DNA of 59,116 bases from an uncultured virus (IMG/VR IMGVR_UViG_3300020048_000047). Lineage: Duplodnaviria; Heunggongvirae; Uroviricota; Caudoviricetes. This document shows, one piece after another, positions 39,702 through 49,953 of this stretch (the first letter of the stretch is position 1; each line of letters begins with the position of its first letter). Below the pieces are notes generated by a model that saw only the letters and a program-made list of their open reading frames with translations, ran no database searches and had not been told where the DNA came from. Where the stretch lies: positions 62,001 to 121,116 of the IMG/VR virus record IMGVR_UViG_3300020048_000047; one strand, given 5' to 3'. Position numbers and translations under genes: made by a program.

Positions 39702-40582
39702 AAATAGCATTTGGAATGATTGTTTTTGAAGGTGATTACGTCTTAAAACAATGTTTAGAACAAGTTTACCCATTCGCCTCACAAATACTTATTGCTGAGG
39801 GTCCAGTATCTTATTGGCAAAGACAAGGTAGGGCAACATCATTAGATGAAACCAACAAAATATTAGCTGAATTTCCAGACCCAGAAAATAAAATTAAAAT
39901 AGTTCATGGTCAATTTAATGAAAAGGATGACCAATGCAAAGCTTATATGCAACATATCAACAGTGATATTGATTATATTTGGAACCTAGATTCAGATGAA
40001 GTTTATAAAACAGAAGATTTAGTTAAAATCATTGAGTTTTTAGAAAAAGAAAAACCAACAAGTGTAGGTCTACAGAGTTGTTCATTTTATGGTGGTTTTG
40101 ATAATTATCTAACTGGTTTTGAACTTAATACAGATAATTTTTTACGTATATTTCGTTATGTTGACGGTTCTACTTGGCAAACTCATAGGCCACCAACAAT
40201 TCAATACCCACCAGACGCTAACATTATACGTAAACATATACCTAGTGATGTTATTTATGATTTATTGGGTGTTCAAATGTACCATTATTCTTATGTTTTT
40301 CCGACTCAAGTATATACAAAGGTTAGTTATTATAAAGATAGTGTTAGTCGAGATAATTGTATTGATAATTATTTTGATAACATTTATTTACCATGGGTAA
40401 TTGGTTCTAATGACGATAAAAAAATAATTGAAAATCAATATAGTGGTGTTCATGAGTTCAAACCAAATATAAGGGGTGCTTGTTTTACTAATAAATTTGA
40501 ATTATCTCACCCAGAAGCTATTATACGTGATTTTGATTTACTAAATAATAAGTTTAAAAACCAATTAGAAAAATATGTCTAA
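39698..40582 (+). CDS. GT2-like glycosyltransferase
   Basis: IWNLDSDE DxD, YHYSYV. Confidence 0.75.
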   Translation: MKIAFGMIVFEGDYVLKQCLEQVYPFASQILIAEGPVSYWQRQGRATSLDETNKILAEFPDPENKIKIVHGQFNEKDDQCKAYMQHINSDIDYIWNLDSDEVYKTEDLVKIIEFLEKEKPTSVGLQSCSFYGGFDNYLTGFELNTDNFLRIFRYVDGSTWQTHRPPTIQYPPDANIIRKHIPSDVIYDLLGVQMYHYSYVFPTQVYTKVSYYKDSVSRDNCIDNYFDNIYLPWVIGSNDDKKIIENQYSGVHEFKPNIRGACFTNKFELSHPEAIIRDFDLLNNKFKNQLEKYV

Positions 40583-41495
40583 GTTAAAAGTACATATAGT
40601 AAATTACAAAGATGTTTTTTCTTCAGTTAATATATCACCAAACCATAATCATATTGAAGAATATCTAAATGGTGGTAGGCAAGATATTTTAGAAAATTTT
40701 GATATCTTTACTGAAAATGTTAGGAGTATAAATAGGAAGTTTAAAAATTTCGATTTATTTGAACTTTCAAATGATATTACCGATGATTGTGTTATTGTTG
40801 TTGGATTTTATTTAGAATTGTTAGAATTCTGGGGTCAACGAAATAGAATTTATGATGTTGTTAAATATTATTGTGAAAAGTATCCAAAAAATAAAATAGT
40901 TGTTACTTGGAACCATGATATTAATGCTGCTCAAATCTTCAACTTTATTGATGATTTTGATAACTTATATGTTTTAAATTTTAACACTTCGGTTAATCAT
41001 AAGCGTTTTATTTTATTACCTTTTTGGACTATAGATGAAGATGATGTACATGAAGAAAAAAAATATTTAGCCAATCTAGTTTGTGCGTTTAATAACCATG
41101 TTAGAACTAATATCCAAACAGCATTAATAAATAATCCTAATATATTCATATCAAGCAAGGTAAGTTTTGATGAATATAAAAAAATACTTAGTGGTTCTAA
41201 ATTCACCTTATGTCCATTGGGTCTTGGTTTATCATCATATCGATTTTTCGAGTGTTTTCATTTAAATACTATACCTATACTATTCGCTGACAATGTTATT
41301 TTACCGTATCAAGATAAATTAAATTATGATGAATTTTCTATTAGAATAGAAGAATATAAATCTAGTGACGGTGATTACATAATTAGTAAAATAACTAGTG
41401 TTGATTATGATGCTATGTTAGAAAAATTAAATAGTATAAAAGAATTCTTTACATTAAAAGGCGTTCAAGAAGAAATATATAATAAATTAATATGA
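40575..41495 (+). CDS. Exostosin-family (GT47) glycosyltransferase
   Basis: SKFTLCPLGLGLSSYRFFECF..IPIL..LP motif. Confidence 0.85.
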   Translation: MSKLKVHIVNYKDVFSSVNISPNHNHIEEYLNGGRQDILENFDIFTENVRSINRKFKNFDLFELSNDITDDCVIVVGFYLELLEFWGQRNRIYDVVKYYCEKYPKNKIVVTWNHDINAAQIFNFIDDFDNLYVLNFNTSVNHKRFILLPFWTIDEDDVHEEKKYLANLVCAFNNHVRTNIQTALINNPNIFISSKVSFDEYKKILSGSKFTLCPLGLGLSSYRFFECFHLNTIPILFADNVILPYQDKLNYDEFSIRIEEYKSSDGDYIISKITSVDYDAMLEKLNSIKEFFTLKGVQEEIYNKLI

Positions 41496-42307
41496 TACCA
41501 GTAATTTTAATTCACAATGGCTTTCAAGAATATGTTAAATATAACATATTACAAGCAACTAAAAACAACCCAGTTATTTTATTAGGTGATACAAACCCTA
41601 ATTTGGAAATTAATAATTTTGAGTTCGTAAACTATAATAATTTACTAGATGGCGTTGACTCTTTTAGATTTAAATATGCTCATTTAAGCACCAACCCTTT
41701 TGAGTACGAACTATTCTGCTATCAACGATGGTTTATATTAAGAAATTTCATGAAAGAAAGAAATTTAGAGGTTATTTTTTATATTGACTCAGATGTTTTA
41801 TTATTTGTTGATATAACTAAAGAGTGGGAAAAATTTAACCAATTTGAAATGACATTGCTACATAGGACAGCGGCAATTTCATCATACATGACATATTCTG
41901 GGTTAAATAACTTTTGTAACTTATTAGACAATATTTACGATGATAAAAATGGTTACCCATATAAAAAGATTGAATCGCATTTTAAGGTTAGACAAGAATT
42001 TGGGTTGGCTGGTGGGGTGTGTGATATGACTCTATTGGAATATTTTCACTATAACGCTGAAAGCGGTGGTGGTCCAGGTCGTGTTGGGGAAATGATGACA
42101 ATCATCGATGATTCGACATATGACCATAATATCAACGCTAAAGACCAAGATTTTTCTTTTAAAAATGGAATTAAAGAAATAAAAATAATAAATAAAACAC
42201 CTTACGTGTATAACGAAAAACTTAAGAAAGATATTAAGTTCAACTCATTACACTTCCAAGGTGGTTCTAAACACTTAATGGGTAATATATATGGACAATG
42301 TAATTAA
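41492..42307 (+). CDS. GT-A glycosyltransferase-like protein
   Basis: CYQRWFIL..YIDSDVL, CDMT, LHFQG. Confidence 0.7.
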   Translation: MIPVILIHNGFQEYVKYNILQATKNNPVILLGDTNPNLEINNFEFVNYNNLLDGVDSFRFKYAHLSTNPFEYELFCYQRWFILRNFMKERNLEVIFYIDSDVLLFVDITKEWEKFNQFEMTLLHRTAAISSYMTYSGLNNFCNLLDNIYDDKNGYPYKKIESHFKVRQEFGLAGGVCDMTLLEYFHYNAESGGGPGRVGEMMTIIDDSTYDHNINAKDQDFSFKNGIKEIKIINKTPYVYNEKLKKDIKFNSLHFQGGSKHLMGNIYGQCN

Positions 42308-42893
42308 TTCTTGGAAAAATAAAAATGTCTCTAAAAAACAGCTTGAATTAAATTTGGTTGAATTATCAACTAAATATCCTAGCCATTGGAATGCATTTAT
42401 TAGTCTTGTTAACCAAATAAACCCTAAAAATATATTAGATGTTGGTTGTGGGTGTGGTTCTTATTATGAATTATGTTCTAGGGAATTCAAAGATATTAAA
42501 TATACTGGAATTGATTATTCGGAAGACGCAATAAAAATAGCGAAAAAAAAATGGTCTTACACTGGATTTATTGTTAAAAACTACTTATCTTTAACCAATG
42601 ACTATATTGCTGATTTTGATTTAATACATTTAGGTGCATTATTAGATGTATTACCTAATGGTGATGAGGCTTTAGATTTTATATTATCATTAAATGCTAA
42701 AAACATTATTATTGGTAGAATGAAATTAACTGAAAAAACTAGTTATTATGAAACATATACAGCATACGATGAAATAACAACTTATGCGTATTATCATAAT
42801 AGAGAGAACTTTATCAAACAATGTGATAAACACAGTTACTTGATAACAAACATTGAAAATAATTTTTATTTAAAGAAAAAAATAAATGAATAA
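42291..42893 (+). CDS. Class I SAM-dependent methyltransferase
   Basis: ILDVGCGCG, YTGIDYS. Confidence 0.85.
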   Translation: MDNVINSWKNKNVSKKQLELNLVELSTKYPSHWNAFISLVNQINPKNILDVGCGCGSYYELCSREFKDIKYTGIDYSEDAIKIAKKKWSYTGFIVKNYLSLTNDYIADFDLIHLGALLDVLPNGDEALDFILSLNAKNIIIGRMKLTEKTSYYETYTAYDEITTYAYYHNRENFIKQCDKHSYLITNIENNFYLKKKINE

Positions 42894-43638
42894 ATTTTTA
42901 GAAAAATGGGATAGAGAAGATATCCTAAAACACTTAGATGAGTTTAATGAATTATACGCATCTAAGCCGATTAAAGATAATAATGGTGGTATGAAGTCTG
43001 GTCATATGTTTCCAGCTTGGTATATTGTTAAAAAATTAAAACCTAAATTTCTTATTGAAAGTGGTGTTTGGAAAGGACTTGGGACTTGGTTTTTTGAACA
43101 AGCTAGTCCAGAAACCAAAATTATATCAATTGACCCATCTCCGAACTTTAGAGTATATACTAGCCCTAATGTAACTTACCAAACAGAAGATTTTTTAAAA
43201 ACTGATTGGAGTAATATACCAACGGAAGAAACAATGATTTTTTTCGATGACCATCAAAACTTTTTTGAACGTTTAAAACATGCTCAATCGTTAGGTTTTA
43301 AGATTGTAATGACTGAAGACAATTATCCTTATCAACAAGGCGATTGTTATACACCTAAAAAGATACTAGCTAATAGGGATTATGTGATTGATTTAGCTGG
43401 TGCTAGAAGTTGGTACACTAAAAAAGATGCGGATTTGGAATATTTTAAAAATAATGTTAAAATATATCAAGAAATGCCTCCTATATTTAAAGGTGAAACA
43501 ACTAGATGGGGTGATATCTGGAATGATGAGTATCCAACAGAAACTCCTCTATTGAAAGAAGAAGATAAAGATAAATATCCAACATTCTTTTCAGAATATA
43601 AAGATTACACTTGGATTTGTTACTTAGAATTAATTTAA
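42886..43638 (+). CDS. SAM-methyltransferase-fold protein
   Basis: IESGVWKGLGTW, ISIDP, FFDDH, EDNY. Confidence 0.65.
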   Translation: MNKFLEKWDREDILKHLDEFNELYASKPIKDNNGGMKSGHMFPAWYIVKKLKPKFLIESGVWKGLGTWFFEQASPETKIISIDPSPNFRVYTSPNVTYQTEDFLKTDWSNIPTEETMIFFDDHQNFFERLKHAQSLGFKIVMTEDNYPYQQGDCYTPKKILANRDYVIDLAGARSWYTKKDADLEYFKNNVKIYQEMPPIFKGETTRWGDIWNDEYPTETPLLKEEDKDKYPTFFSEYKDYTWICYLELI

Positions 43639-43639
43639 T

Positions 43640-44110
43640 ATGTTTACAAATAATAACGAAGAAGTTTTTTTCATGTCTCATATAAAAGATGATATGAAAG
43701 TTTTAGAGTATGGCTCTGGACAATCAACATTAGAAATAGCTGAAAAATCAAAATTAATTGTGTCTATTGAACACCAACAACAATGGTATGATTATAATAT
43801 AAACAGAGTACCTAAAAATTGTGTGTTGTTATTAAAACAGCCTAATTTACCGTTTGTTGAGGGTGGACACTGTGGTACTTATAAACAATTTAAAGATTAC
43901 ATTGAGGCACCATTAGAAAAAGCACCATATGATGTTATTTTGATTGATGGTAGAGCTAGAGTAGCTTGTGCATCAATTTGTAAAAAATTAGGTCATAAAG
44001 ATACATTGGTTTTTATACACGATTTTGATAGAGTAGAGTATCAAAAAGCGTTAAAATATTTAGAATTAATTGAAATAATTGGCACAATGGCAAAATTTAA
44101 AATAAAATAA
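43640..44110 (+). CDS. Class I SAM methyltransferase (polysaccharide O-methyltransferase-like)
   Basis: VLEYGSGQST, SIEH, DVILIDGRAR, HD. Confidence 0.8.
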   Translation: MFTNNNEEVFFMSHIKDDMKVLEYGSGQSTLEIAEKSKLIVSIEHQQQWYDYNINRVPKNCVLLLKQPNLPFVEGGHCGTYKQFKDYIEAPLEKAPYDVILIDGRARVACASICKKLGHKDTLVFIHDFDRVEYQKALKYLELIEIIGTMAKFKIK

Positions 44111-44111
44111 T

Positions 44112-44705
44112 ATGGGATACACACATAATTGGAATAGTGAGTTTATTAGAAATGTAAACGGTTTAGGTAAATTTGACTTATGTTTAGAAATCGGTTGTTT
44201 TGAAGGATTAACGTCAAATTATATATGCGATAATTTATTAACTGAAAATGGTAGATTATTATGTCTAGACCCTTTATCTGATAACTATTTAAATAATGAT
44301 TTATCGGATAAAGATAAAAATGATAATGAAACAATTTATAAGTATTTTAACAATCAATATGAGAGATTTATTGACAACGTTAAACATCAAATATCTGGAA
44401 ATAAGTTAACCTTATATCGAAACATTAGTTCTGAAATATTTCCAAGTTTAATTAAAGAATTTGAAGGTAAGATTGATTTTATTTATATCGATGGTGACCA
44501 TAGAGCAAGTATGGTTTATATTGACGCTGTTAATTCTTTTAAATTAATTAAATCTGGTGGTATTATAGTGTTCGATGATTACGCTTGGGGTAAAAGTTAT
44601 GGAGATGAAGCAACAAGTGTTGGTATTGATAAATTTTTAAACGAATATTTAAATGAATATGTTTTAATACATTCTGGTAGTCAAGTAGTCATTAAAAAAA
44701 ACTAA
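44112..44705 (+). CDS. Methyltransf_24-type SAM methyltransferase
   Basis: LEIGCFEG, DFIYIDGDH, GGIIVFDDY. Confidence 0.88.
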   Translation: MGYTHNWNSEFIRNVNGLGKFDLCLEIGCFEGLTSNYICDNLLTENGRLLCLDPLSDNYLNNDLSDKDKNDNETIYKYFNNQYERFIDNVKHQISGNKLTLYRNISSEIFPSLIKEFEGKIDFIYIDGDHRASMVYIDAVNSFKLIKSGGIIVFDDYAWGKSYGDEATSVGIDKFLNEYLNEYVLIHSGSQVVIKKN

Positions 44706-44706
44706 A

Positions 44707-45357
44707 ATGAAAATAAATCTTTTTATTAATTTTTATTTAGATAAAAATTTGTTTCGCCAAGCGGAATTAGACTTTTCGTTAAATTCTAACATAAAAAATA
44801 AACTAATTAATGTTATTTTTATTTTTGGTGATGATTTAGCTATTAGTTATTGTAAAGAAAATTTTAAAATAGATAAATTATCATTTTTTACTAAAGAAGA
44901 AAGGCCGACATATAATGATTATTTTTCGGTTATGGATAATTATCCACATAGGATAAATATACTTGCTAATAGCGATATATATTTCGATAATACATTGCTT
45001 TTAATAAAAGAACAACCTTTCATAAAGACTAATTGTTTTGCTTTATCTAGATGGGATTATGTTAATGGTGAGATAAAACATTATGATGAAAAATGCAGTC
45101 AAGATTGTTGGGTTTTTTTTGGTAATATGGTAAAGATAAAAGATGCTGACTTCTCATTAGGTATTCTTGGGTGTGATAACAGAATTTCTTATTTATTAAA
45201 AAAATCTAATTATATAGTAACTAACCCATCAAAATCAATAAGGTGTATACATTTTCATGGTAGTAATATAAGAAATTACATTCGTGATGAAAAAGATGAT
45301 AATTTCGAAAGAATAGATGGCCCATATCTATTTATAGAACCAATAGAATTAAATTAA
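44707..45357 (+). CDS. Glycosyltransferase-like protein (GT-A)
   Basis: ILANSDIYFD, ALSRWD, SQDCW, GCDNRI, HFH. Confidence 0.6.
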   Translation: MKINLFINFYLDKNLFRQAELDFSLNSNIKNKLINVIFIFGDDLAISYCKENFKIDKLSFFTKEERPTYNDYFSVMDNYPHRINILANSDIYFDNTLLLIKEQPFIKTNCFALSRWDYVNGEIKHYDEKCSQDCWVFFGNMVKIKDADFSLGILGCDNRISYLLKKSNYIVTNPSKSIRCIHFHGSNIRNYIRDEKDDNFERIDGPYLFIEPIELN

Positions 45358-45362
45358 TTAAT

Positions 45363-46286
45363 ATGATAAACTTATTTCACATAAATAATCACATAATCAA
45401 TACTAGTGATTATAGCAATTTATTACATGATAATATAGTGCAAGTTTTTGAAGAAACTATAGCCAATTATGTTGGTGCTAAATATGCTGTCAGTTTCAAT
45501 AGTGCCACTAGTGCTATTTTCTTAGCATTATTGGATAAAAACATTACTGTTAACGTACCAACTATGATACCACCAGTAGTTTTAAATGCTATTATTACAT
45601 CTGGAAACAAATATAATTTCACTGATAATATTGATTGGGTTGGTGATTCGTATTTATTACACGATTTTGGAGATTATAAAATAATTGATTCGGCTCAAAA
45701 ATTAGAGAAGGACCAATTCAAAAAAGAATGCAACCCAAATGATTTAATGGTTTTCAGCTTTTACCCTACTAAACCAGTCGGAAGTTGTGATGGTGGTATG
45801 ATTGTATCAAATGATTTAGAAAAGATTACTAGACTTAAGGAAATGGCTTTAAATGGCATGTCTTATGCACATAACAATTGGGAGCGTAAGATTAAATTTG
45901 CTGGTTACAAAATGTATATGAACAGTATCCAATGCGATATTGCTTTAAAGAATTTTAACCTATATGAAGATAAATTAGCTAGATTATCTGAGATTAGAAA
46001 CATTTATAATGAAGCATTTGGACTAAACAATACTAGTAACCATTTATATAGAATTAGCGTTGATAGTAGAGAAAAATTTATCATAAAATTAAAAGAACAT
46101 GGTGTTTCTACTGGAATACATTATGATGCGGCTCATTTAAACCCAGTTTATAAATTAGATAATACTATTTATCCATTATCTGAAATTGCTGCGAAAGATA
46201 CCGTTTCAATACCTTTCCACGAAAACTTGACTTTTCATGAGATTAATCTTATACTTAGGTTAATACTTGATAAATATGATAACTAA
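45363..46286 (+). CDS. DegT/DnrJ/EryC1/StrS sugar aminotransferase
   Basis: NSATSA, IIDSAQ, FSFYPTK (PLP lysine), GIHY, SIPFH. Confidence 0.9.
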   Translation: MINLFHINNHIINTSDYSNLLHDNIVQVFEETIANYVGAKYAVSFNSATSAIFLALLDKNITVNVPTMIPPVVLNAIITSGNKYNFTDNIDWVGDSYLLHDFGDYKIIDSAQKLEKDQFKKECNPNDLMVFSFYPTKPVGSCDGGMIVSNDLEKITRLKEMALNGMSYAHNNWERKIKFAGYKMYMNSIQCDIALKNFNLYEDKLARLSEIRNIYNEAFGLNNTSNHLYRISVDSREKFIIKLKEHGVSTGIHYDAAHLNPVYKLDNTIYPLSEIAAKDTVSIPFHENLTFHEINLILRLILDKYDN

Positions 46287-46665
46287 TTTAAAAGCATTCG
46301 ATGACGAAAGAGGTTCATTGTTACCAATCGAATTTACATCATTACCATTTGAACCAAAACGATTATTCGTAGTAAATAATGTTCCTATCAATATGATACG
46401 TGGATGTCATTCTCATTTTAAAACTAAACAATTGATTATTTGTACTAGTGGTTCTGTTGATGTTATTTTACATGATGGAGTTAATGAAACCACCCATAGA
46501 TTACTTAAAAACCAAAAAATATTAATTCCAGAATTAATATGGGATTCACAAAAATTCTTACAAGAAAATAGCGAAATATTAGTAATCTGTTCAACAAATT
46601 ATGATTCAAGTGATTATATTTTAGACTTTGATGAATTTAAAAAAATTAAGGATAACACTAATTAA
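46276..46665 (+). CDS. fdtA: FdtA/QdtA-type NDP-4-keto-6-deoxyhexose 3,4-isomerase (cupin)
   Basis: DERGSL, PFEPKRLF, RGCHSH, YDSSDYI. Confidence 0.85.
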   Translation: MITNLKAFDDERGSLLPIEFTSLPFEPKRLFVVNNVPINMIRGCHSHFKTKQLIICTSGSVDVILHDGVNETTHRLLKNQKILIPELIWDSQKFLQENSEILVICSTNYDSSDYILDFDEFKKIKDNTN

Positions 46666-46670
46666 AGAGA

Positions 46671-46678
46671 TATTTATA
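46671..46678 (+). promoter_or_regulatory. Putative late promoter motif TATTTATA
   Basis: 11 nt upstream of the phoH ATG. Confidence 0.55.
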
Positions 46679-46689
46679 TAAAAAAGCCT

Positions 46690-47532
46690 ATGCCAAGAAA
46701 AGCTGTTGGAACACCGAAAGCTAAAAAAACTGAAATTGATTTTTTAGAAAAACCTAAGGGTAAAAATTCTATTGATTTATTAACACAAATCAGATTAGAA
46801 TTAAAACATAAAAATGAAATTCAAAAAGTTTTAACTCAATCAATTAGAGACAATGATGTAACTATTTGTACAGGACCAGCTGGAACTGGAAAAACTTATC
46901 TATCATGCGTTCAAGCATTAACTGAACTAAAAATTAATGAAAAAATACGTAAAATTGTATTGGTAAAATCCGTAACTACTTTGAAATCAGAAGAAATTGG
47001 TTTCTTAAAAGGAACAATGGAAGAAAAAATGGAACCATTTATGTATTCTTTCACTGGTAATTTTGAAAAGATTATTGGTAAAGATTTATTTGCTAAGCTT
47101 AAGAATGAAAACTATATCGAAATTCTCCCTATAGCTTATCTTAGAGGGGTTAATATAGACAATGCGGTAGTTATCATTGATGAGGTACAAAACATATCTA
47201 TAGACAACATAAGGACTATTTTAACTAGACTAGGTGAAAATTCTAAAATGGTTTTTCTAGGTGATGTAAAACAAATTGATGCTAAAAATAAATTTGATAG
47301 TGCATTATCATTTCTAGTTAATAATTTTAAAAACATTAGAAATATTGGAATTGTTGAATTTAGTAAATTAGAAATCATTAGACATCCATTGGTTAAAGTA
47401 ATTGAAGATGTTTTCGATAAAATAGAAGAAGACAATAAAGCCAAAAAAAACGAGATTAAAATAAAACCTCAATTGCTTATTGAAAACGTTGAAAAACCTA
47501 AAGAAAAAAGTTTTTTTAAAAAACTTTTTTAA
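46690..47532 (+). CDS. phoH: PhoH-family ATPase
   Basis: GPAGTGKT, IGFLKG, YLRG, IIDEVQN, LTRLG, GDVKQID, RHPLV. Confidence 0.95.
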   Translation: MPRKAVGTPKAKKTEIDFLEKPKGKNSIDLLTQIRLELKHKNEIQKVLTQSIRDNDVTICTGPAGTGKTYLSCVQALTELKINEKIRKIVLVKSVTTLKSEEIGFLKGTMEEKMEPFMYSFTGNFEKIIGKDLFAKLKNENYIEILPIAYLRGVNIDNAVVIIDEVQNISIDNIRTILTRLGENSKMVFLGDVKQIDAKNKFDSALSFLVNNFKNIRNIGIVEFSKLEIIRHPLVKVIEDVFDKIEEDNKAKKNEIKIKPQLLIENVEKPKEKSFFKKLF

Positions 47533-47585
47533 AATAATTTATTTTTTTCTTTACTTATCTATATTTACCACTTAAATTGGTTTAT

Positions 47586-48191
47586 ATGAAGATAGGAATT
47601 ACAATAAACGAGGTTTTAAGAAATTTTATTGGTCAGTTGGCATACACTTATGAAAAGTATATTGGTGATATTGATATCACTGAAAATGATGTTACCAATT
47701 TTAACCTAATTGAATTTTTCAAGTTTGACGACATCAACAAACTAAATAGTTTCATGTATCTTGAGGCACCTCTCGAAATATTTGGCCATGCTGGTCAAAT
47801 GTCTGATGGTTTGATGAACCATTTTAATAGATTTATTATGGATATGAAAGACGATGGTGAACACCAAGTCGAATTAGTAAGTAGAGAAGTTGATAAAGCA
47901 ATTCCTTCTACTTATTTCTTTTTATCTAAAACCAATTGTAGAATTGATAACCTAAGATTTGTCACAAAATATGCTGATAAATGGAATGGGCTTGATATTC
48001 TTGTAACCTCAAACCCTGTTGCTTTAGAAGCAAAACCAGATGGTAAAATTAGTGTTAAGATTAAAACACCGTATAATACTAATTCCCCAGCCGATTATGA
48101 AATTGATTCTTTATTAGACTTCATCAATGATGAAGAACTTAGAAATAAAATATTCAATACAAAAATAACAAATTACGAAGAAATTAAATAA
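47586..48191 (+). CDS. 5'(3')-deoxyribonucleotidase-like HAD protein, degenerate
   Basis: MKIGITINEVLRN in place of IGIDIDGVL; C-terminal PYN motif. Confidence 0.55.
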   Translation: MKIGITINEVLRNFIGQLAYTYEKYIGDIDITENDVTNFNLIEFFKFDDINKLNSFMYLEAPLEIFGHAGQMSDGLMNHFNRFIMDMKDDGEHQVELVSREVDKAIPSTYFFLSKTNCRIDNLRFVTKYADKWNGLDILVTSNPVALEAKPDGKISVKIKTPYNTNSPADYEIDSLLDFINDEELRNKIFNTKITNYEEIK

Positions 48192-48192
48192 T

Positions 48193-48552
48193 ATGATAGA
48201 ATTCGGAGATGTATGCTATTACATAGACATTATGGCTTTAGAAAAAGCCATAGCTATCGCTGGTATTAAACCAAACGATAAAGTAATTACAACTGAATAT
48301 AAAACAGTTAAAGATGAAAATGGAGAATTAATCGGAACTGAGATTTTAGAAATATCTAGCGATAGAGAAAGAGAATTCGATGGTTCTAAATACACACTAT
48401 TAATGCAAATGGTTGAAGTATTGCTTGACACTCGTGAAGAAACTGAAGATGATTCTTTAGGTTCTGAAAGAGCATTGGCTAAAACTTCATTTGCTTATAA
48501 ATTAGCATTTAATACCTTAATCAATTATGGTATTTTAAAAGAAAAAGAATAA
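48193..48552 (+). CDS. Hypothetical protein
   Basis: 119 aa coupled ORF. Confidence 0.6.
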   Translation: MIEFGDVCYYIDIMALEKAIAIAGIKPNDKVITTEYKTVKDENGELIGTEILEISSDREREFDGSKYTLLMQMVEVLLDTREETEDDSLGSERALAKTSFAYKLAFNTLINYGILKEKE

Positions 48553-48574
48553 CGTCCATAAAAAAACATTACAA

Positions 48575-49735
48575 ATGGAAGAACAAAAAAAACAAATTGC
48601 TGAACAAGTTTCACAAATTAAAAACGTTTTAGAAATACTTGAAAATAAAAATTCTAAGATTTATTTCTTTACACTAGACACTAAGGGTAACCCAACAGCT
48701 GGTATTGCTAACATTTATGAACATGTTAAAATGTTAACTGAATTAGGTTTTAATGCTAGCATATTACACGAAAAAAATGACTATAAACTTAGAGCCGATG
48801 AAAACGGTTATGGTATCGCTGATTGGTTAGGTGAAGAATATGCTTCATTGCCTCACACATCAATTGAAGCCCAAAGTTTAAATGTTAGCCCAGCTGATTT
48901 TCTTATTATACCAGAAATCTTTGCTAATATTATGGACCAAGTTAAAACTTTTCCATGTAAGAAAATTGTTTTCTCTCAAAGTTATGATTATTTACTAGAA
49001 CTTCTACCAATCGGTAAAAGATGGAATATAGATTACGGTTTTGGTGATGTTATTACAACTAGTGTTAAACAAGCTAAATATTTATCTAATCTTTTCCCAT
49101 CATTGAACACACACGTTGTACCAGTTTCAATCCCATCTTATTTTAAAGATTCAGATAAACCTAAATTACCAATCATTGGTATTCATACTAGAAATCAAGG
49201 TGAAGCTGCTAAAATTGCTAAAGCTTTCTACTTACAATTTCCTATTTACAAATGGGTTACATTTAAAGAATTAAGAGGACTTCCAAGAGAACAATTTGCT
49301 ACTGAATTAGCTAAATGCTGCTTAGCTGTTTGGATTGATGATGTTGCTGGTTTCGGCACATTCCCAATAGAAGCTATTGAATGTAATACACCTGTTATCG
49401 GTAAAATGCCTAACTTGATTCCAGAATGGATGGAAGAAACTGACGCTGAAGGTAATATGTCTATTAAAAATAACGGTGTTTGGACCAATACTACAATCAA
49501 TATACCAGAACTTATCGCTACATACCTTAAGGTGTGGTTAGAAGATGCTGTACCTAGTAATTTAACTGATGGTATCAATGCAAGCAAAGGGTTATACACT
49601 CCAGATATGCAAAAATCTGCTATCGCTAGTGTTTATTCTGGTTTAATAGAAAATAGAATTGGTGAATTAAATAACATGATTGTTAACTTAGAAGCACAAG
49701 CTGCTATGTTAGTTGCAACAGAAAATAACGCTTAA
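48575..49735 (+). CDS. GT-B glycosyltransferase-like protein
   Basis: AGIANIYEH, IIPE, AGFGTFPIEAIEC..PVIG. Confidence 0.75.
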   Translation: MEEQKKQIAEQVSQIKNVLEILENKNSKIYFFTLDTKGNPTAGIANIYEHVKMLTELGFNASILHEKNDYKLRADENGYGIADWLGEEYASLPHTSIEAQSLNVSPADFLIIPEIFANIMDQVKTFPCKKIVFSQSYDYLLELLPIGKRWNIDYGFGDVITTSVKQAKYLSNLFPSLNTHVVPVSIPSYFKDSDKPKLPIIGIHTRNQGEAAKIAKAFYLQFPIYKWVTFKELRGLPREQFATELAKCCLAVWIDDVAGFGTFPIEAIECNTPVIGKMPNLIPEWMEETDAEGNMSIKNNGVWTNTTINIPELIATYLKVWLEDAVPSNLTDGINASKGLYTPDMQKSAIASVYSGLIENRIGELNNMIVNLEAQAAMLVATENNA

Positions 49736-49752
49736 TAAATTTAAAACAAAAA

Positions 49753-49950
49753 ATGGAAAAAAAGAATGTACTTGGAAATAAACAAATTTTTATTTTTAAT
49801 GTTTATGTAGGAAACATCAAAGATGAAGATGTTGAAAATTACCTTAAATCTGTTTCTGATAAAAATGAAAAATTTAACAATTATTTAGACGTAGTAACGT
49901 TTTATATCCCAACAAGAGATGAAGCAGCAACACCAATAATCAGAATTTAA
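49753..49950 (+). CDS. Small protein resembling the portal clip segment
   Basis: IFIFNVYVGNIKDEDVENYLKSV; good A-rich start context. Confidence 0.5.
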   Translation: MEKKNVLGNKQIFIFNVYVGNIKDEDVENYLKSVSDKNEKFNNYLDVVTFYIPTRDEAATPIIRI

Positions 49951-49953
49951 TTT

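Noticed and set aside
33874..46665. Bacterial O-antigen or capsule locus (host contamination)
   Set aside because: No wzx/wzy/wzm-type membrane genes recognised; the locus is continuous with phage genes and invaded by a phage-type endonuclease.
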